In this document: positions 28,231 to 36,939 of the stretch, one piece after another
How positions within the stretch are numbered: the stretch's first letter is position 1
Layout: the number at the start of each line of letters is the position of its first letter
NCBI GenBank assembly: GCA_050253415.1
Contig: JBFWJC010000001.1
Span: 480,001-544,000, forward strand
Direction: 5' to 3'
Length of the DNA stretch: 64,000 bases
Origin: Pedobacter sp.
Lineage (GTDB): Bacteria > Desulfobacterota > Desulfuromonadia > Desulfuromonadales > Syntrophotaleaceae
Notes under the pieces: generated by a model
Told to the model about the DNA's origin: nothing
The model's input: the letters and a program-made list of their open reading frames with translations, nothing else
The model's database searches: none
Made by a program: the position numbers and the translations under genes

Positions 28231-29844
28231 ATGATGAATGAATTTTATCTTAGAACAGAAAGTATAAAACAGGCAGACATTTTAGGATTGTCTGTTGTTA
28301 ATGCCGCCGATAGAAGCATTCTGGACACTCTTAAGTCTAACGAGCCATGCCTTTTAGAAGGCTCTAGGGGGACGGGCAAATCATTTCTAATGCGAGTGGC
28401 TGAGTTGGAGCTAGAAGCTGAAAATGATTCATACATAACGGTTTTTGTTCCATTTAACATGAGCTCTTTGATTAGTACTGAGGACAATCTTCAATTTTAC
28501 CATTGGATGATGGCTAAAACCCTTAAGTGCCTTCTCAATAAACTAAGAAAAAAGGGCGTAGTTGTCTCCGGTCTAACGGCAAATCTGCTAAGTAATGATG
28601 AAAATGATACTGAAAATGGAGTTGAAGCCAGCTTAAAAGAAGTGGTAAGGCTTTTTGAGGACTCATATAGAGGAAAAACATCGATTGACATTTCAGCATT
28701 GCCTGATATTGAAGACGTTAAGGAAGCCATACAAACAGTTTGTGAAGAAAATAATCTCGACAGAATATTTTTCTTTTTTGATGAAGCTGCTCACGTTTTC
28801 AGGCCAGCGCAACAACGTCAATTCTTTAATCTATTTAAGGATCTTCGGTCGCCGTATATCACATGTAATGCAGCTATATACCCTGGTGTGACTCACTTTG
28901 GCGATTCTTTTGAGCCTGTCCACGATTGTGTTTATAGAAAGTTGGAGAGAAATATTTCCGACTCCGACTATCTTCAATATTTTAAAGATATAGTCTTTAA
29001 GCAATCTGATGAGACTCTAAGATCTGAGATTGATAGGCAAAGAGATTTGTTTAATACGCTATCTCTATCATCTGGTGGAAACCCAAGGATGTTGTTGAGG
29101 ACTATCCAGGATTTGCCAAAATTCAATACTAGCAATGTAAATTCCGTAATTAAGTCATTTTATCGGGGACAGATATGGTCAGAACACACTGACTTGGGAG
29201 AGAAATACAAAGGGCATCGTGGTGTAATTGATTGGGGCAGAGACTTTCTGGAAAACACGGTGATTCCACGTGTCGAAGAATATAATAAATTAAGAAAAGA
29301 AAAAGGCATCGATGAGTCTACAATCTATTTTTGGGTCCATAAGGATGCCCCCGAGGCCGTTAAGGAAGCATTAAGGCTTCTAACCTACACAGGGATTATT
29401 AGAAAAGTAGATAGCTCTGTAAGAGCTACTAGAGCTGCGCTTGGCACTAGATACGAGATTAAGTACGGCTGTATACTTTCATTGGAAAGTAACCCTCACA
29501 CAGAGTCTCAAGACTTTTTCAAAAACATTTCAATTAAGAAGTTCCCTGAGTTTGGGAAAAATCACATTGCTTACTCGGGGAGCGAAAAGCTTCTTAAGAG
29601 TGATGACGAGCAGCAATATGAGGAGTCCTTGAGGTCGTTGCTTCAGAGACCAATAGATGTATTGGTTGCTCTCACACCGTGGCAAAAAGATAGGTTAAAG
29701 TCGGCAGCAATTACCACGATAGAAGATTTGCATAATAATTCGGAAGAAAGCCTAATTGAAAATATCTATGGCGTTGGCCCGGCTAGGGCCCGAACAATGA
29801 AAAATGCTGCTACCGCCGAACTTCTAGAGTACATATCTGGATAA
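28231..29844 (+). CDS. P-loop ATPase (ORC/CDC6-STAND-like) with C-terminal RNAP alphaCTD/HhH-like domain
   Basis: Walker A GSRGTGKS, Walker B FFFFDE, SGGNPR, putative winged helix, C-terminal RPIDVL..LT..LKSAAITTIEDL..SEESL..IYGVGPAR; AGGAG RBS, 5 bp after upstream stop. Confidence 0.75.
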   Translation: MMNEFYLRTESIKQADILGLSVVNAADRSILDTLKSNEPCLLEGSRGTGKSFLMRVAELELEAENDSYITVFVPFNMSSLISTEDNLQFYHWMMAKTLKCLLNKLRKKGVVVSGLTANLLSNDENDTENGVEASLKEVVRLFEDSYRGKTSIDISALPDIEDVKEAIQTVCEENNLDRIFFFFDEAAHVFRPAQQRQFFNLFKDLRSPYITCNAAIYPGVTHFGDSFEPVHDCVYRKLERNISDSDYLQYFKDIVFKQSDETLRSEIDRQRDLFNTLSLSSGGNPRMLLRTIQDLPKFNTSNVNSVIKSFYRGQIWSEHTDLGEKYKGHRGVIDWGRDFLENTVIPRVEEYNKLRKEKGIDESTIYFWVHKDAPEAVKEALRLLTYTGIIRKVDSSVRATRAALGTRYEIKYGCILSLESNPHTESQDFFKNISIKKFPEFGKNHIAYSGSEKLLKSDDEQQYEESLRSLLQRPIDVLVALTPWQKDRLKSAAITTIEDLHNNSEESLIENIYGVGPARARTMKNAATAELLEYISG

Positions 29845-30006
29845 TTGGGGCTGGCCTCAGGGACGTTCTTGTTTTATTGCATTAAGACAGTAATTTAGCA
29901 GAGGATAATATGGGACACTCCCCATATTCGGCGAGGAAAAAGAGTTAAATCTTTGCTTGATTCATCTCTAAAAATTGACCCATTTTGTTATGAACAGGAG
30001 TGATTT

Positions 30007-30594
30007 ATGAAGGCGTTGGTGAGATTATTTCTGCTGGCTTTGCTAGCCATGAGTACATCGGCATGCACAATCCATCATTATGTTGAGCAAGATTATCCTC
30101 AATATCTTGTCAACAATACCGGGACCGCGAATCTGCCAAAAACCGATCAGGTGTCAGCGTATCTCCTGGCACCGGCTACCCAGCAGCACAGCTATGAATT
30201 TCGATCGATGATGTCGGGATACGGCAACCTGTGGATCGTTGAATTCGGCAGGATGCTGGATGATACGATGAACTCCGCGGATGCGCGCAAAGCTTTTGGG
30301 GCGATACAAAAGGCATCGGAGGTGTCGGGTGCTTCCGATGGTTTGCTGTTGTTCGACCTGCAGAATTACTCTTTTGAGGAATTTGGTGCGCATATCAGCC
30401 TTCAAATTTCACTTTATCGCTCAGGAAAAGGCCTTTTTTCAAAGCTGTATCGGCAGGACGGTAAAACGCAAGGCGGCAAAATGTTTTGGGGTGGCGTATT
30501 TGCGCAAAAGAACGCCGTGCAGCAGTCGACCAAGCTGGCGCTGGACGAAATTTTACGCCAACTGATTGCCGACTTGAATAACCTTCCGAAATAA
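30007..30594 (+). CDS. Hypothetical lipoprotein
   Basis: AGGAG RBS; signal peptide ending in lipobox-like TSAC. Confidence 0.7.
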   Translation: MKALVRLFLLALLAMSTSACTIHHYVEQDYPQYLVNNTGTANLPKTDQVSAYLLAPATQQHSYEFRSMMSGYGNLWIVEFGRMLDDTMNSADARKAFGAIQKASEVSGASDGLLLFDLQNYSFEEFGAHISLQISLYRSGKGLFSKLYRQDGKTQGGKMFWGGVFAQKNAVQQSTKLALDEILRQLIADLNNLPK

Positions 30595-30615
30595 CTTTGA
30601 CCATCGATAAATCTG

Positions 30616-30760
30616 TCTCACGCTCGCTCCTTCCAGTCGCTTAGGGCGCAAAGGCGCAAAGAAAGGCATGGCCATCCTGACTTCAAGGTCTTTTGATTTT
30701 TGATTTCGGTTACCCTTTGTGCCTTTGAGGCTTTAGTGAGCGCAGCGAACGAGCGTGAGC
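30616..30760. repeat. Palindromic element with (GGCGCAAA)n arms
   Basis: CTCACGCTCG..GGGCGCAAAGGCGCAAAG / CTTTGTGCCTTTGAGGCTTT..CGAGCGTGAG. Confidence 0.65.
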
Positions 30761-30793
30761 CAGGTCTTGATGTTTGCTTAAGGAATTTGTCAG

Positions 30794-31141
30794 ATGAAAA
30801 GCCGTAAAATCCTCTTCGCCATCGTCTTGTTGGTTTTGATGTCCACACTATCCTTTGCCAAGGATACTGACCAAGCCAGGGAGAATCATCAACGGATAAC
30901 AAAAAGAATTGCCTATCTCCTGCAGGATCAGTGGGGAGTCGATCAAGCAAAGGTTTCGGGTGAAAGTCTGCTTAAAAGCGATTTTGGCGCGGATTACCTT
31001 GATGTCATGGAATTGATCATGGCGTTGGAAGAGGACTTTCATATTGAGATCACCGATGAGGAGTGGATAAACATTACGACGGTCGATTCGGCAGCGGAAC
31101 TGATCGCCTACAAAATGGATCACCGCTATAGACGTCCCTGA
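30794..31141 (+). CDS. Acyl-carrier-protein-like protein with signal peptide and Ser->Tyr at the Ppant site
   Basis: MKSRKILFAIVLLVLMSTLSFA signal; DFGADYLDVMELIMALEEDFHIEITDEE..ITTV matches the ACP consensus except DSLD->DYLD. Confidence 0.75.
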   Translation: MKSRKILFAIVLLVLMSTLSFAKDTDQARENHQRITKRIAYLLQDQWGVDQAKVSGESLLKSDFGADYLDVMELIMALEEDFHIEITDEEWINITTVDSAAELIAYKMDHRYRRP

Positions 31142-31400
31142 TCGGATCCATCCCTTTCGGTAAGAAAAAGGCCTTCAATCAGGGCATCCGGCTGAGTCAC
31201 ATAGCCTGAGGGGGGCATCAGGTACGCTTCCCATATGGAGGTCGCAAACCTTCCTCTAGTGGTTATGCATTCGTTACAAGACTTTCTATTCATAGAAAAA
31301 TATTGAGTTTTATTTCTGCCTCCGCTAACATTTAGTCCTCCTTATTGAACCCTGTATGGGGCATCCTCTTCCTTTTCGTTACCATCCCTTTGGGCCATCG

Positions 31401-32279
31401 ATGATATTTTATCTGACGCATAAAAAACACGCCTACACCATGGGGTGCTATCTCGAAACCTTTGCCCCCGACCTTGCAGACCGCATTCGACCCGTTTCCT
31501 ATCAGGAGATTTGCCAAACACCCCCCGGCACCTACATCTTTGCTGACGTGGAGCGGCTGAAGGTCAAAGAGGCTCTCCGCGCCTCCCGTTTGTGGCATTC
31601 CCTGGAGCGGGCCGGTTATCGGCTTCTGAATCATCCTCGCCGGTCAATGCGGCGCTACCGTCTGCTGAAATCCCTGCATCGACAAGGGAGCAACACCTTC
31701 AATGTGTTCCGGCCCTGGGAGCGTTTGTGGAACAGGCTCCATTACCCGGTTTTTTTGCGCGGCGAAAACGATCACAGAGGTACCATGAGTGACCTCATCT
31801 CAACGCCCCGGGAGCTTTTCCGGGCCCAGTGCCGTCATCGTAAGGCCCTGATCACAGAGTTCTGCGATACCCGCGGCGAGGACGGCCTGTACCGGAAATA
31901 CTCGGCCATGCGCATCGGCGAGCGCATTCTGCCGCGGCATATCTTCTTCAGCAAACATTGGATGATAAAAAATGCCGATGCATGTGACGACCGGTTGTTG
32001 GCGGAGGAGCTCGACTACCTCCATAGCAACCCCCATGAGAAAGAGTTGAGGGCCATTTTTGATCTGGCCCGGATCGAATACGGGCGTATCGATTACGGGC
32101 TTTGCAACGGCCGCATCCAGGTCTGGGAAATCAATACCAACCCTTCCGTTCTTACCGGAGACAGTCTGCAGATCGATCTCCGCCGTGTCGTCGCCGAGAC
32201 CTTCGCCGGTCCGTTTCGCGCTGCACTGCTGGCTCTCGATGAAGCCCCGGACGTCGTTGCAGAAAGGAGTCCTGTATGA
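31401..32279 (+). CDS. ATP-grasp-like protein
   Basis: LLNHP, YPVFLR, ITEF, YRKY, YGRIDY, WEINTNP C-terminal ATP-grasp signature; start uncertain (31356 or 31401). Confidence 0.65.
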   Translation: MIFYLTHKKHAYTMGCYLETFAPDLADRIRPVSYQEICQTPPGTYIFADVERLKVKEALRASRLWHSLERAGYRLLNHPRRSMRRYRLLKSLHRQGSNTFNVFRPWERLWNRLHYPVFLRGENDHRGTMSDLISTPRELFRAQCRHRKALITEFCDTRGEDGLYRKYSAMRIGERILPRHIFFSKHWMIKNADACDDRLLAEELDYLHSNPHEKELRAIFDLARIEYGRIDYGLCNGRIQVWEINTNPSVLTGDSLQIDLRRVVAETFAGPFRAALLALDEAPDVVAERSPV

Positions 32280-32758
32280 CATGCCACATTCGCAAGATGC
32301 TTCCCGGGGATCTGCCCGAGGCAATGGGGTTGCTCGACCGCTGGTCGATGGCCCCGACCCCGGACATCGCCAATGCCGAACGTAGCGGTATCGAAATCGA
32401 TCATGCTTTCGTTGCCGTGGATGACCGGGGGCGTCTGGTAGGGGTGGGCAGTTATTTGCTGCACAGCGAGGAGTTGGCAGAGACGGCCAGCCTGGCCGTC
32501 TCTCCGGAGGTAAAGGGGCTCGGCATCGGGGCCCGCCTGCAGGTAGCCCGTCTGCAGGAGATGCTGGAGCGGGGCATTCGCCGGGTTCGCACCGAAACCG
32601 ACCGTCCGGAGACCATCGACTGGTATCTGCGTAAATTCGGCTATCGCATCGTCGGCAGAAATCCCAAAAAACACGCTTTCAGCCTGCCGGATGTCGATTG
32701 CTGGACGGTACTGGAGCTTGATCTGGTTGCGTGGGCGCGTACCCGGGATAAAGGCTGA
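32276..32758 (+). CDS. GNAT family acyltransferase
   Basis: RLVGVG, SLAVSPEVKGLGIGARL, WYLRKFGY; ATGA overlap with upstream gene. Confidence 0.85.
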   Translation: MTCHIRKMLPGDLPEAMGLLDRWSMAPTPDIANAERSGIEIDHAFVAVDDRGRLVGVGSYLLHSEELAETASLAVSPEVKGLGIGARLQVARLQEMLERGIRRVRTETDRPETIDWYLRKFGYRIVGRNPKKHAFSLPDVDCWTVLELDLVAWARTRDKG

Positions 32759-33765
32759 TGACTCCGACAACCCCCTTAGAACAGTCGCATAAAAGAAAGG
32801 CCTCTCTCTTCAGCCGGCGGCGGGTCCGCAACCTGGTGCTGGTGGTGCCGCGCAGAAAAAGTCTGAGGGGAATGAAGGGCGATTTTGATCGGATTGCCGA
32901 ACACGTTCGCGCCACGGCACCCGACCTGCGTGCCTATGTGGTTAATGACCATCGCTCAGCGGCGATGAAGGCAGGCTTGCTGCTGCGCCCAAGCCTCTAT
33001 TTTTCCACCGTTGCCACGCAAAAGATACGGATTCCGCGCGGTTCTCTTTGCACCGGCTCGTTCATGACGAAAAGCGAGGAATACCTCGCCCTGGAAAGGG
33101 AAGACATCCCTGTTCCGCGCTGGCAATTGCTGACCGAACACCATTCGCCGGATCTTGGCCCGCTGGGGGAATATGTCGTGGTCAAACCCGACTGCGGTGG
33201 CCGGGGAGCCGAAGTAAGGATCAGGCGATCTTCACGGGTCCGCTGGAAACCGCCGATTAACGAACGGGCACAGGCGGAGAATCGCTTTGGCCTTATCGCT
33301 CAGCAGTTCGTCTATACCGGCAAATGGCCGGTCAGTTACCGGGTGACAACTCTGTTCGGCAAGGTGCTCTTTGCCTTTCGGATCGAAGCGGATCGAAGCC
33401 GCCGACCATTGCCCGGGCCGGACCGTTTTGCCGGGGGAAACGACGGCGGCGGGCTCACTATCTGTTCCAGTGGCCGAGGTTGCCATGTTGAGATGTGTCA
33501 CGACAGTGAGATCATCGCCTTCGGCGAGCAGGCCCATCGGGCTTTCCCTAAGCATCCTCTTCTGGGGATAGATGTCGTGCGGGAAGAAACGACCGGGAAG
33601 CTCTATGTCATCGAGGTCAATTCCTGTGGTCAGGTGTGGCATTTCAGTTCCGAACTGGGACGCGGCATACAACAGGACTTTAATCTCGACTTCGAATCCC
33701 AATTCGACGGCATACGCAAGGCGGCCGATATCCTTATCGAACAGACCAGATTGCTTGCCCGTTAA
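32758..33765 (+). CDS. ATP-grasp protein (RimK-like)
   Basis: DIPVPRW, VVVKPDCGGRGAEV, IAQQFV, YRVTTLFG, LGIDVV, YVIEVNS; TGATG overlap. Confidence 0.75.
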   Translation: MTPTTPLEQSHKRKASLFSRRRVRNLVLVVPRRKSLRGMKGDFDRIAEHVRATAPDLRAYVVNDHRSAAMKAGLLLRPSLYFSTVATQKIRIPRGSLCTGSFMTKSEEYLALEREDIPVPRWQLLTEHHSPDLGPLGEYVVVKPDCGGRGAEVRIRRSSRVRWKPPINERAQAENRFGLIAQQFVYTGKWPVSYRVTTLFGKVLFAFRIEADRSRRPLPGPDRFAGGNDGGGLTICSSGRGCHVEMCHDSEIIAFGEQAHRAFPKHPLLGIDVVREETTGKLYVIEVNSCGQVWHFSSELGRGIQQDFNLDFESQFDGIRKAADILIEQTRLLAR

Positions 33766-33821
33766 CCGTAACCGAACGACTCTGCACAGCATTATACTTC
33801 TTTGCTGTACGAGGTTTCTTT

Positions 33822-34691
33822 ATGTCCACCGACAGCCGTAGCCAATCTTCAGGCTTTATTTTCAACCTCTGCCCAACCGGCATGATGCTTTCCCGCGCGC
33901 AATCGCCGCACGTGCCGCTCACCACGGCGGAGATCGTCGCGGATGTCGACCGCTGCGTGGCCCACGGCGCCAATCTGATTCACCTTCATGCCCGCGACGG
34001 GCAGGGTCATCCTCACTATTCCAGGGATATCTACGCCCGTATCATCGGCGGCATCCGCGATCTGCATCCCGATCTGACCCTGTGCGTATCCCTCAGCGGT
34101 CGCTGCCATCCGGAATTCGATCTGCGCACCGATCCTTTGATGTTGACCGGGGATCTGCGTCCGGATATGGGAAGTCTCACCCTCAGTTCCCTTAATTTCA
34201 ATGGTCAGGTGAGTGTCAACGCACCGGATGATATCCGCCGCATGGCGGAGTTGATGGCTGAAAAGGGGATCAAACCAGAGCTGGAGATATTCGATCTCGG
34301 CATGCTTAATTATGCCAAGTACCTTATCGACAAGGGTGTCTTTCAGCCGCCTTATTATTTCAACTTTTTGCTGGGGAACATTGCCGGTGCCCAGGCAACC
34401 CCCGCACATCTGACCGCCCTGCTCAGCGAATTGCCGCCGGACGCGATCTGTTGCGTTGCCGGGATCGGCCAGCAGCAAACGCAGGCCAATATGCTCGGTC
34501 TGTTATTTTGTGATGGCGCCCGCGTCGGTCTGGAGGATAATCCCTGGTACGACAGCAATCGGCAAACAATGGCCAGAAACGTCGATCTGGTTAAACGGGT
34601 GCGAACGGCAGCCGATCTGCTCGAACTTGTTCCTGCCACGCCGGCAGTGGTCCGTGAAAGACTCGGCATCGTCCCGCTTGCATCCTGCTAG
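33822..34691 (+). CDS. Beta-keto acid cleavage enzyme (BKACE / Kce family)
   Basis: PTG, PHVPLT..EIVAD, IHLHAR, PDMGSL..SSLNF, KPELEIFD, RVGLEDN. Confidence 0.92.
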   Translation: MSTDSRSQSSGFIFNLCPTGMMLSRAQSPHVPLTTAEIVADVDRCVAHGANLIHLHARDGQGHPHYSRDIYARIIGGIRDLHPDLTLCVSLSGRCHPEFDLRTDPLMLTGDLRPDMGSLTLSSLNFNGQVSVNAPDDIRRMAELMAEKGIKPELEIFDLGMLNYAKYLIDKGVFQPPYYFNFLLGNIAGAQATPAHLTALLSELPPDAICCVAGIGQQQTQANMLGLLFCDGARVGLEDNPWYDSNRQTMARNVDLVKRVRTAADLLELVPATPAVVRERLGIVPLASC

Positions 34692-34909
34692 GGCCTCTAT
34701 CTCATCATGAATCTCGTCCCGTTCAACCCAGCTCCGGGGCAGACCCGGGAAGTCTGCTCAAAATTCGAGATGCTCCCCTGTTTTCTTTTTGAACCAATTG
34801 ATTGAAAACGACATATTCCGGGGAAAGTCCCTCATTTCAATCAAAAAAAGGACCACCTGAAGATAGCGTGCCCTCAAGCGGTCCTCAGCGTATCGAAGCT
34901 TTGTCGGCG

Positions 34910-36553
34910 TCACTTCCTGTTCAGGAAAGCTTTAGCCTGTTGCAAATGAGGCAGTTCGCAATCTGTTGCGGCGACCTCGACGAGCTTTTTATAAAAGTGA
35001 GTCGTCAATTCTTGGTCGCCGGCTAGCTGGGCAGATCGTCCTGCTCCGTAGAGGCTGTTGAAACGATTGGGGCTACGGTCCAGCGCGGCCCGGTAGTTTG
35101 CCAGGGCATCCTCATAGCGACCCATTTCGAAATACATGTCGGCCAGCAATTCGTGGGCTGGTAGGACTTCTCCCGGGGTAACGGGATGTTTCTCCGTGGC
35201 GGCTTCCATTGCGGCGGCCTGGATCATATTCTGAAGCGCCTCATCCTTGTTACCTTCCAGATAGGTCAACCAGGCCTTGACCGAACGGCGTTGAATTTCG
35301 ATCTGCATGGCCCAGTATGCAGAGGTTTTGGCGGTCTGGCCTTCGAGTTCTACGAGCTTGTCGATGGCTGTATGGGCTGCTGCTTTGTCGCCGCTGCGGG
35401 CGGCACCTATGCCGTTGGCGAAGTAGGTGATCGCCTCCATGGCCGGGTTGATTTTCCAGGGATAATTATCGGGAGTCTGCGCTTTGAGGGTTGCGGCTGT
35501 GGCCCATTGCTGCCGTTCAAGTGCAAGTCGGGCGGGTATCGCGGCGAAGGTGTATGCGGACGCTACATGGGGCTGGTAGGGGCCCTTGAGCGCATTCAGT
35601 TCATCAAGCACCTGTTTCGCCTTGGCATCTTCACCGCGTTGCAGGTGGGCGTAGGCCAGGTAGTCGAGAGCATGCAGGTAGTGCAGGGATATCTTACCGT
35701 CCGCCGGATGCTTGAGCGCAGCATCCGCCGAGCGACGGTTCATGTCGATCGATTCCGGCCACAGCCCGAGCCGGGTAAAAATATGGGCCGGCATATGCAG
35801 CGCGTGGGGGACTTCCGATGCGATCTTCCCATAGCTGCGCGCTACCTCCAGGGCTTCGGAGGCCAGTGGCGGGTAGTCCAGGGCATGGATGGTGTAGTGG
35901 TGGGCACCGGGATGATCGGGGACGCGTTTGAGAACCTGTTTGGTTATTTCTGCACTGCGTTTCTGTGTGAGGTAGTTCTTGTCGGCCGGATTGGCGGTGG
36001 CCAGGTTGGCAAGTGCATAGAAGCTGGCGGCTTCCATGTCATCCGGATACTGCTCGTATACTTTACGCCATGCCTTGGCGAACGCATCCAGGTTCACCGT
36101 TTCGGTGGGATTGAGGCCTTGCTCATAGTAGGCCTGCACGGCTTCGGCGTAGGCCCGCTCATGCGCATTGCGGGCCAGGCTTTTTGCTTTGGCCGCCAAC
36201 ACCTTACCGCTCTCGAAATTTTCTTTGGTCGGGGGATCGGACCACAGCGGATGGAGGTAGGTCATAGCCTGTCCCCAGTAGCCCATGGCACTGTCCGCAT
36301 CGATATGGGTGGCGGCAACAAAGGCGTTGCGAGCTCCCACATAGGTCATGTGATGCAGAAGAGCGAGTCCGCGCTGTGCGGGTTCTTTTGCTTCTTCATT
36401 GCTGGAGAACGGCAAGGTAACGGTACCTAACTGCTCGCCATAGAAGGAGGCTGGTTCCGACGGAGCCACGTCCGAATTGTCGCCGTGGGCAAATGCCATC
36501 CCGGAAAATAGCCAAACGGGGATCAAAAATCCCCAGACGAGGGTGGTTTTCAT
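34910..36553 (-). CDS. Exported TPR-repeat protein
   Basis: Signal peptide, helical repeats, HPGAHHYTIH and PHALHMPAHIF motifs, SPNRFNSLYGA; AAGGAG RBS. Confidence 0.75.
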   Translation of the reverse strand: MKTTLVWGFLIPVWLFSGMAFAHGDNSDVAPSEPASFYGEQLGTVTLPFSSNEEAKEPAQRGLALLHHMTYVGARNAFVAATHIDADSAMGYWGQAMTYLHPLWSDPPTKENFESGKVLAAKAKSLARNAHERAYAEAVQAYYEQGLNPTETVNLDAFAKAWRKVYEQYPDDMEAASFYALANLATANPADKNYLTQKRSAEITKQVLKRVPDHPGAHHYTIHALDYPPLASEALEVARSYGKIASEVPHALHMPAHIFTRLGLWPESIDMNRRSADAALKHPADGKISLHYLHALDYLAYAHLQRGEDAKAKQVLDELNALKGPYQPHVASAYTFAAIPARLALERQQWATAATLKAQTPDNYPWKINPAMEAITYFANGIGAARSGDKAAAHTAIDKLVELEGQTAKTSAYWAMQIEIQRRSVKAWLTYLEGNKDEALQNMIQAAAMEAATEKHPVTPGEVLPAHELLADMYFEMGRYEDALANYRAALDRSPNRFNSLYGAGRSAQLAGDQELTTHFYKKLVEVAATDCELPHLQQAKAFLNRK

Positions 36554-36582
36554 GGTGAATCTCCTTAATCCTATTGCAAAAC

Positions 36583-36629
36583 AATAAAAAACCGCCTGTC
36601 GGTATCATGCCGACAAAGCGGTTTTTATT
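36583..36629 (-). terminator. Terminator-like hairpin in the leader of the TPR gene
   Basis: AATAAAAAACCGCCTGTCGGTA-tca-TGCCGACAAAGCGGTTTTTATT ~20 nt upstream of the RBS. Confidence 0.7.
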
Positions 36630-36939
36630 GCTTCGTGTCCAGAGAATTTGCTCGCAGGTCAGGTCCATCTCTTGATCCTTTCCGGATTCTGAAAGCCTGC
36701 AAAGGTATGTTGTTAATATAACACTCCTGCCGCTGCGACCACAATCCCGGCAACGGGAGGGTCATGGCATCCAGTACCAATTTTTTCATGATTTTCCCCC
36801 ATCAATTTTTATGCGAGAAGAGTGGTTGGATGGCTGACCGGATCGAAATACGCTATAATTTATGGAACGCGTAAGTCTTGATAAAATAACAAGAAATATT
36901 TCTTATTGTGCGACTTATAAAGAAACGGAGGTAAGCGAG

